A stretch of 32,125 nucleotides of DNA from positions 1 to 32,125 of IMG/VR virus record IMGVR_UViG_3300046103_001526; one strand, given 5' to 3'. Numbering within the stretch: the first letter of the stretch is position 1; each line of letters begins with the position of its first letter. The DNA is from a virus (taxonomy: Duplodnaviria > Caudoviricetes). Made by a program: the position numbers and the translations under genes. Positions 18,948-27,800 of this stretch are shown piece by piece. The notes under the pieces were generated by a model, which worked only from the letters and a program-made list of their open reading frames with translations, did not search any database and was not told where the DNA came from.

Positions 18948-19898
18948 ATGGCAGCATTTACAACAATAGCAGCAGCAACAGTATCAATAGGTGGTTCTGT
19001 AGCAAAAGGAATATTAGCTGGAGATGCAGCAACAGATGCAGCTAGGCAAGCAGGAAGACTTAATCTTGAAAAAGATAGGTTAGAGAAAGAGGCTGTAGCT
19101 GATTTAGAGCAAAATTTTTACGATGCACTAAGAGCTAACACAGATATATACGACAAGCAACTTCAGACAGGTAATGCAATGGGTGCTCAAATTTTAGAAG
19201 CAGTTCAAGAAGGAGACCAAAGAGGAGTAGCTGCGGGAGCAGGAAAAGTTAAACAAGTTCAAGACGCTACTTTAGGCGCTACGGCAGATAAATTTGCAGC
19301 TGAAAAATCAGAGATAGATAAACTAAAGGCAGCAGCAGGAGAAGCTTCCGCTGAAGAAATAGCAGCACTAAAAGATGACAGAGCAGCAGCAGCAGGAGTG
19401 CAAGCAGATGCATTAACTCAACAGGCATCTGATTTAAGTGGACAAGCAACAGGATCTTTTATAGATGCAGGAGTCTCAGCCTTAGGGGTAGCAGCAAATC
19501 TTATGGGTAAAAATGCCATGGGTAAAGCAGCTCAAAAGCTAGTAGACTCAGGTAAATACTCAACTCTTTCTGAAGCAACAAAATCTTTAGGTGGTCTAGA
19601 TAACAAAGCATTAAGAGCAATTGCCAAAGGTGGTGAATTTATTCCAAAGGCAGATTCAATAGTAGCCCCAGTAACGACAGTAGACCCAGCTGCTACAACA
19701 GACTATACATATAATACACCTACAATGGACGCAGATTTACCAGAAGGTTTTGGAAACCCAATATTATCTCCGCAATTTTCAAACCAAATTGATAATACCT
19801 TTTTAGGTGGATTTGGAGAAAAAATAAAATCAATAGGTTCAGATGTAAAAGATACGAGCTTAGATTTTTTAAATAAACTTAAAAATTATTTTAAATAA
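18948..19898 (+). CDS. putative ejection/internal virion protein 1
   Basis: Ala/Gly-rich hydrophobic N-terminus, coiled-coil middle, second hydrophobic patch (FIDAGVSALGVAANLMG). Confidence 0.6.
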   Translation: MAAFTTIAAATVSIGGSVAKGILAGDAATDAARQAGRLNLEKDRLEKEAVADLEQNFYDALRANTDIYDKQLQTGNAMGAQILEAVQEGDQRGVAAGAGKVKQVQDATLGATADKFAAEKSEIDKLKAAAGEASAEEIAALKDDRAAAAGVQADALTQQASDLSGQATGSFIDAGVSALGVAANLMGKNAMGKAAQKLVDSGKYSTLSEATKSLGGLDNKALRAIAKGGEFIPKADSIVAPVTTVDPAATTDYTYNTPTMDADLPEGFGNPILSPQFSNQIDNTFLGGFGEKIKSIGSDVKDTSLDFLNKLKNYFK

Positions 19899-21856
19899 TG
19901 GCAGGTAACGCATTAACAGCAGCAATGTTTTCTGTAGGGAAAGGGAACACAGGAGTAGGAAAACCAACAACAACTTTATCAGCAATTGATAAAGGAATAA
20001 CAGATGTTGGAACATGGGCAAGCGGTATAGAAGCTGAGAAACAAAAACTAAAAACAGATACTGCTAAAAAATATAGAGAAGCGGAGTTAAAAGCATATGA
20101 GAATATGCCTTCTAATGAAACGGAAAAAGCTAATATGATTAAAGGTTTGGCTTCTTACAAAGACCAACTCTATATGAATATGAAACTGGTTCAAAATGGA
20201 AACATTGACTCTAAAGATAATTTAATTTTTCAAGAAAACGGAAAGCAATCTTTTGACATATTATCTCAAGTAATTAAAAATTATGGTGAAGAAAGAGATT
20301 TAACCATGAAAAGAGCTAAGGGTTATACTGATAAAGATGGAACAGTAGTTCCTCCTACAGCAGGTGGCGTAGAAGCTGCCTTACAAGATCTTCAGTCAAG
20401 ACTAGGAAATCCTCAGTTCAGCGAAATTACTTTTGATGAAAAAGGTATGGGTGGAGTTACATTTTTTGAAACTGAAATTGATGAAGAAACTGATACTAGA
20501 GTTATAAAAAGAGATTCAAAAGGAGAACCTATTATTCAAAAAGGAATGGGTAGTCTAAGTGTTTTAGCTTTTAATAAAGGTAGAAATCAAAGAGCTGAGA
20601 GAGTTTATTTAGATAAAGCAGCTCAAGGCTTTATAGGTGAAGAAACAGCTTTAGGTCAAGCCTATCAGATAATGGAAGGGATTAATAAAGGAATGGTTGG
20701 TAATGTTACAGATGACCAAAGACAAAAATCAAGAAATCAATTAAACCAATTATTAGACCAAGCCGCAAGTACAATTACTTCTAGTAATGATAGTGTATCT
20801 AGTATTTTATCAGATAACGGCCCTTTAGAAGAAAGAAGTACACCTATTAACTCAATTCAAGCAGAAGAGTTAAAGTCTTCAGGAGTTAATTTGGATGAAC
20901 AAATTAGCTATAGTTATATTGATTCTACTGGAAAAACTCAAACAGGACAAAAAAGTAAATACATTATTCAGAAGGTTAGTCAAAACAATCAGATTGTATC
21001 TGTTTTAAGTGCTGAAGATAAGCAGGCTGCTGTAAATATGGCAAAAAGTCAATTATACTCTCAACTAGGTAGAAAAGTAGATGCTGGTACAGCGGTTAAA
21101 ACATTTGACCCAAATAGTGCATCAAGTAGGGCAGGTAATAAAATAGACAGAGAGAACCAAGGGACAGTCGACCTTATAGACCAAGCCGCTACAGGTAACA
21201 AAAATAGTTTGGATGCTTTGGTCGCTGAAAACAGCAACGTGGTATCAGCTTACGATATTTCAGGGACAGAAGGTAATCTAATGTTATCATTTATAGACAT
21301 GGATGGAAATACTCTTGCGCCAATTCCATTAAGCGGTTTAGGTAAAGATGCAGGTAAGCAAATTGCAGCACAGCTACAATTAAAAGCGCAAATATATAAC
21401 GATAAATCTACTCTAAAAAAGGAAAAAGCTACAGGTAAAATAGGTAATTATCAAACTGTAACTAAAGACTACAAGGGACTCGGTAATCTTGATTTAGGAG
21501 TTACAGAAGTAGGTGGTATAAAAAGAGCAGGAACTGCAGCAGAATTATTTGCAGAAACTATTAAAGATGACCCTGACGAAGATGAAGTTACTGGCGTAGC
21601 AAATACTATAATACAAAAGGCTATAAAAGAATATGGCTTAGATAGTAATATAAACGTATCGTTTAAAGAAACAAAGTTTGGGTATAAGGACAGATACGTA
21701 ATTACAGTAGATGGTGTAGATTACGAAAGCCCAGCAGCTTCATCTAGTGATAATCATGTATGGCTTCAAAAGAACATGGATAAAGTATTAAGAGGAGAAA
21801 AACCTAGTGGTAATGAAGCAAAGGTAAAAACAGACCAATTTGGAAACAAAATATAA
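19898..21856 (+). CDS. putative ejection/internal virion protein 2
   Basis: 652 aa, TAATG coupling to the previous gene; synteny. Confidence 0.55.
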   Translation: MAGNALTAAMFSVGKGNTGVGKPTTTLSAIDKGITDVGTWASGIEAEKQKLKTDTAKKYREAELKAYENMPSNETEKANMIKGLASYKDQLYMNMKLVQNGNIDSKDNLIFQENGKQSFDILSQVIKNYGEERDLTMKRAKGYTDKDGTVVPPTAGGVEAALQDLQSRLGNPQFSEITFDEKGMGGVTFFETEIDEETDTRVIKRDSKGEPIIQKGMGSLSVLAFNKGRNQRAERVYLDKAAQGFIGEETALGQAYQIMEGINKGMVGNVTDDQRQKSRNQLNQLLDQAASTITSSNDSVSSILSDNGPLEERSTPINSIQAEELKSSGVNLDEQISYSYIDSTGKTQTGQKSKYIIQKVSQNNQIVSVLSAEDKQAAVNMAKSQLYSQLGRKVDAGTAVKTFDPNSASSRAGNKIDRENQGTVDLIDQAATGNKNSLDALVAENSNVVSAYDISGTEGNLMLSFIDMDGNTLAPIPLSGLGKDAGKQIAAQLQLKAQIYNDKSTLKKEKATGKIGNYQTVTKDYKGLGNLDLGVTEVGGIKRAGTAAELFAETIKDDPDEDEVTGVANTIIQKAIKEYGLDSNINVSFKETKFGYKDRYVITVDGVDYESPAASSSDNHVWLQKNMDKVLRGEKPSGNEAKVKTDQFGNKI

Positions 21857-21865
21857 TAAAAATAA

Positions 21866-24800
21866 ATGGATAAATTAAAAGCTCTTTACGAAAGCTATAT
21901 TGAAAAAGGATTGTTAAGTAGTGAAACTACTTTTGAGCAGTTTTCTTCAGCAAGTTCAGATATACAAGATGGATTATATAATCAAGGTGTTGAAAATAAA
22001 ATAATAAGTTCTTCAACAGATGTTAATACATTTAAATCTGCTTGGGCTGAAAAAAAAAATCCAATCGTTACTCCTTCAGATGGGGAAGAGGTTCTTACGG
22101 AATCTACTACCGAAACAGAAGTACAAGATGGTGTTTCGGATTCTTTAGAAGTAAACGAAGTAGTTGAAGAGGGTGTAATTAACGAATCTCAATTAAACTT
22201 TGGAGACCAAACAGGCCCTATTGTAGAAGAAAAAGAAGAAGTTCTTATACCTGATGCTCCTAATAGAAAAGGTGTATTAGAAAATAAAGATGGTTCTGTA
22301 TCTACACATAAAATGAGAACAGAAACTGATGGCCAAGGTAATTGGTTTTCTTTTCCTACAATATTTCAAAATGAAGATGGAAGTTTTGTTGACATGTCTG
22401 AACAGGCGGAACAGGATTGGGAGTCCGTATATAAAGAAGCAAAAAAAAGAGGAGAAGTTGTTGATTTTTTAAAAGATAAAGAATCGGCAATTGCTTATGG
22501 AGAAGGTTCTTGGAAAGAAAGATACAATTCTAAAAAAAACTTATTAAAAAAAGACTTTGAGTTATTATTAGAAAAGGTAAATAACCCCAATAGAGAAAAA
22601 GCTCCAGATATAAATACAGGAGGAGGTATTACAATGGGAATGAGTATGCCTGGTGTAGTTCTTGATTTAGATGTAGATGAAGAATTAAGATTAAAAATAG
22701 AATCAGACCCTAATATTCAAAAAGCATTATCTGTAGGATACATAAAAAAATCAGATGTAACAAAAGCATTAAAAGGAGACGTAAAATCTATAGAAAAACT
22801 TCAAGAACTTTCAGTGAAATCTATTGAAGATAACACTTTAAAACTACAGAGTGACGAACTTAAACCTTATGATGTTTATTCAGAAACACAAAATTATATT
22901 GAAACAAAAGAGGAAAAAGCAATAAAACAAAACGCTGTAAATGCAGTTAATGCTTTTGATACAGAAACAAAAACTCTTTTAGATTCAAATCCGAATGCTA
23001 CTGAAGAAGAAATTCAATCTATATTTAACAGAGAAGGAGCTCCGACAGAAGAGCAGTATGAGATTGCAGAAAATTCTGATTATCAACAAACAGGTTTTGA
23101 GGATGAAGATCTTGGTAGAATGTATAACCAAGAATCTCTTAAAAAATTATCAGATAAAAACGATAAGTTTAGTATAGCTGGTTTTAATGGTTACTTAAAT
23201 AAAAAAGGATTTAAAGAAAGATATAATCAGTTACTTGAAGATGAAACTATTGCTGAAGATGGTACAAGTTACGATTACACAGGTAATTATAATCCAACAT
23301 TAGCAGCAGAAAAACTTAAGTATGATTATTTAAAAAATTATCTTGCTGAAGCTGACATGCAAAGAATCGAAAAAGAAGTTTTAGATTATAAGATAGCAAA
23401 CAATGGTAAGAATCCATTTTTACATGGTGATACTGATAAGATAAACCTAAAACCTTCAGTTAGTACAGAAGACCTTGGTGAATATATGGGTGAGGAATTT
23501 AAAAGCCTTGCAGCTGTTGTAAAAAAACAAAAACTAGAAACCAAAGAAAACTATCAGACAGAAATTGAAGGAGGTTCAGGAGGAAGTAATTCTCAATGGA
23601 TTTTTGATATGGGGTCTCAAGGAGGTCGCTCTATAGATAATAGGGCAAATAGTTTTGCGGAGGGAGCTTATGGATGGGTAGGAATGGATTCTTTTTCTGA
23701 TGAGATTCAAATGAATCAAGCTGAAACAGAACTTAATAGAGATGATATGCTTAGGTACACATATGCAAGTGGTAGAAGTGCTTTTGCTAATGGTAGAGAA
23801 TATCTAATTGATGATAGAGGAGAGATATATGATTTAGATTTAAAGATAAGAGTTAGTAGTGTTTTAGAACCTGAACAGATAAAAGAAATAAAAAAACAAG
23901 TACAGATAAATGGAGTTAAAACAAGTAGTTTTAGTGGGACAGGTGCAGCGGTAACAACAGCAGGTGTGGCTTCTGATATGCTGCTTCAGATAGCTCTTAC
24001 TAGAGGTGTGGGAATGGCGGGACAAACTATTAAAGGTATAGCTGCTGCTTCTAAATATAAACAAGGTAGAAGTATAATAAGTTTATTAGAAAAAGTACCT
24101 ATGAAGGCTTCAACAGCATCAGCTATGATTGCTCAGGGAACTTTAATGGGAACTTCATTGTCTTCAGATGTAAGAAAACAAGCTTTAGCTGCAGGAATGT
24201 CAAATGAAGAGGCAAATGAATTAGCATCAAGTGCAGGTATGCAGGGTTATGCCCTAGGAGTTATAACAGCCCCTATATCTACTCAAAAGATTGCTATGGA
24301 TAAAATCTTTGGAACAAAAGTAAAAGAAAAACTTATCCAAAAAACTATAGATACATATGCCAGAGGAGCAGGTATTGAAGCTTCTAAAAATATTTTCAAA
24401 AAAGGGTTAGATGGTATAATAAGAACTGTACCTGTATACTTTAAAGAAGGTGCTAAGGAGTTTGTTCAAGAAAATATTCAACAAGCAGGACAGGCTTATG
24501 TTATTGGTTCTGATATAAATGAGCAAGCAGGTCAAGAAATAATGAAGGATACCATTAGTATGGATGACTTTATGAATACCTCTATAATATCTTTAACAGC
24601 TGGTATGTTAATGCCTTTTGCAGGAGATGTGCAAACAGGAGCGGTTAGAGCTTATAAAATGAGAGGTAAAGGTTTTCAGGCTGTAGACCAAATGAAATCA
24701 TTGGCTTTAATGGCTAATGATTCAGATAAAACAAAACAACTTTTAGATTCACAAGTTAAGAAAGGAGTATACACGCAAGAGCAAGTGGATAATGTAATGG

Positions 24801-27800
24801 CTGATGTAGATATATACAGAAGCACAATAAATGGTATGCCTCCAAACTTAAGCGCAGAGACATCTTTATTGGTTATGAGTGACTTAGCTGAGATAAAAAA
24901 ACTTGAAGCACAGAAAGCCTCACAAGCCCCTTCTTTTGCATATAGAAATGATGCAAAAATACAGCAATTAAAAAATAGAATAATTAAGAACAGTAATTTT
25001 GATTTTGTAGATAACAAATCAAAACAAAAGTTAATGGATGAAGCAGCTAAAGAATTAGTTGCTGAAAAAGAATCTAGTGGTGAAAAAAACTATTCTATAG
25101 ATAACTCTCAAATTAGAGCTAAAGCTGTAGAGAACTTTAATAAGTTATCACCAGAAGAAATGCAGGCGATAGCTTTTCCAGACCAAATAAAAGAAACAGA
25201 AACTAAAACAGATAAAGATGCCATTCAAGAGCCAAGCACAGAGGAGCAAGTGTTACCAAATGAAGAAACAAGCGGAGTCGATGGGGCAATCACCGAAGTG
25301 GGACTGCAACAAGTGGGAGAAGGAGTCGTTGAGTCAGACACTACCCAAGAGGTTGAAACCGAGAACGTACAAGAAACTACCGACAAAGCTAGCGACACGA
25401 CTACGGAGACAGATACTGAACAGTTAGCGGATACCCCACAAGTATTTGGGGACAATCCTCTTACTTCTATAGAAGTGTCAGAAAATTATAATGATATAGG
25501 TAAACAGAGAAGAGATAAACTTAGGGTTATCGCTCAAATGGAGCTTAATAATGAAATAACTACTGAGGAACAATTAGATCTTAGAGAGGAGTCTTTTAGG
25601 AATATGAAAAAAGCTACAGAATCTTTTAAATCTAAAACAAAAACTACGCAGACAGATACTACTTCTGAAACAGAAGTGATGAGTGTGAACAAGGATAATA
25701 AGATTGAATCATTTGCTAATAGATTAGTAGATGGTGAATCTACTCAGGAGTTTGGTGATGAAGCTCAACAGTTTTATGCGGAGAATCAATCAGATATAGA
25801 TGAGTTAGTTACACAGAAAAGAAAAGATGTTCCTAAGAATGAATCTAAAACAAGAAGACTAGCTACCAAGATAGCTAATGGGGATACTAATTTTTCTAAT
25901 GAACAAATAGATTTATACGCTTCAAATGAAGCAGATGTAAAAGCTGAGGTAGAATCTATTTCTAAGACCAACAGTCAAACTGTAACAGAAGATACTTATA
26001 AGAGTATTTTAAAATCTGTAAAGAGTACAACTAGAACTGACAAAGCAAAGCAGGAGGGAGAAAATGCTCAACGTAAAAGATTTTGGAAATCTTGGAATAA
26101 ATCAGCAAGACTTGCAAAAAAAGATTTAAAGACTAAAAGAAAAGAACTTAATGACCAAATTAAGACTTACGCTAAAGGTAAGAAAGGAACTATTACTGCT
26201 GCACAAACTAGAGCAGTTGTAAACAAAGTTAATAGTGTAAACCTTGACAATGAATTAGCTGTACAAGAATTAATAGATTACTCAGAGAAAGTTTTTAATA
26301 ATGCTGATTTTGCAGTTAAAGAACAATTAGCTATAAAGCTTAATAAACAAGTTACCACAAGATTAAATAAAGGTAACTATGGTTTAAGTCCAGATATTGT
26401 ATCAAGATTGACTACTATTTTAAATACACCAATTAAACAATTGACTAGTGAGAATATAGATTCTTACAATGATTTTTTAAGTAATCTTAAAAAACAAAAA
26501 GAAAACGTAAGAGTTGATGAACAGTTGGTAATAGACTCTCAGAATATGGCTGATGCTTTATATGTTGAAGGTAACCAGTACGTAGATGAAGAGGTTGAAA
26601 CTAAAAAAACTAAAACTTTAAAAAGTGTAGTTGATAAAATAATTAATGAAGATGTAGATGGCGAAACTTTAATTTCAGAGGATTCTAAGTTTATTGAAAA
26701 CGATTTAGATAAATTAGATTCATTTACATTACAAACTCTTATTGATAAAATTAATAATGCAGAGACTGATGAAAACCAAGAACTTGTACAGGCTGCTAAT
26801 GATTTTGCAGAGAATAGACAAAAGGCTTTAACACGAATAAAGTCTAGGTCTAAGGGAATAAGTTTAAAAAGTTTAGATAATACAACTAAAGAGGCAGGAG
26901 ATGTAGATGTGTTTAAGAATATTAAAGATAGTGACTTGATTGGGTTAACAGGTAAGCAATTAGACCTATTAGAAATAACACTTGAAAATATTAACGATGG
27001 ACATTACACTCACGCTGCAAATAAACTTGGACAGTCTGTAAATAGTAGGGCTTATAATATGAGACCAATGATTGCTAAGTATGGTAAATTAAAAAATAAA
27101 ATAGGTATGTTTAGAGGTAGGGCAGCTGCTTCTTTAAAATCTACATTAAAAGGTTCTAAATCTACACCATCTTTAGAAATTGCTAGAAGTAATCCATTAT
27201 CTGTAATAGATAATGCTTTTGGTAACTTTGATAATAATACAATTCGAAACAATTCTTTTGAACCAACTGCTACAAAATATTCTGCATTTAAAACCTTTAC
27301 AGGAAGACTTACAGATAAGCTTGATGCTGTAGAAAAAATAATAGCTCCTACATTAAAAGAAGGAACTAATCCAGCTATAACAAGAAGGTTTGAAATAACA
27401 ACATATTTATTAGCAAAAGAATATGAGTCTAATAAAGGTAACGATGGTGTTGCAGAAGCAAATGCATTTATAGATAAGACAATAGAAAAATTTAATGATG
27501 TAAATTCTGACAGCAACTACACTCAAGCTGATATAGATATACTACTTGCTATTAAGAAAAAGTATAGTGACAATGGTGTAATTACAAGTAAGAAAATGGA
27601 TGAGTCTTTATCTCCAAAAGTAAAGAAAGCTATAAAACTATTAGAAGAAGTTTATGGTGCTTTAGGAGATAAGCAAGCGTATGCTACAAGTATTGTTAGA
27701 GGTAATAAATTAGACTTACTAAACAATTATGTTCATCATAAGGTAGATGCAGCAAACGATAAAGATGATTCACAGTTATTAGCACAGAAAACTTATTTTG

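Noticed and set aside
22441-22552. Other A7-A8 runs in the giant gene as slippage sites
   Set aside because: They are shorter, expected in an AT-rich Lys-rich gene, and I saw no distinctive alternative-frame product behind them.
22995-23177. +1-frame 60-aa ORF inside the giant gene
   Set aside because: Typical K/L/I/M-rich frame shadow with no family resemblance and no obvious codon shift in the host frame, unlike 25218-25427.
825-27516. Minus-strand ORFs antisense to structural genes (825, 3641, 4669, 7515, 10635, 13791, 14405, 15847, 23864, 24676, 25225, 25786, 27052)
   Set aside because: They show the composition of antisense shadows of biased coding sequence, with no motifs or leaders.
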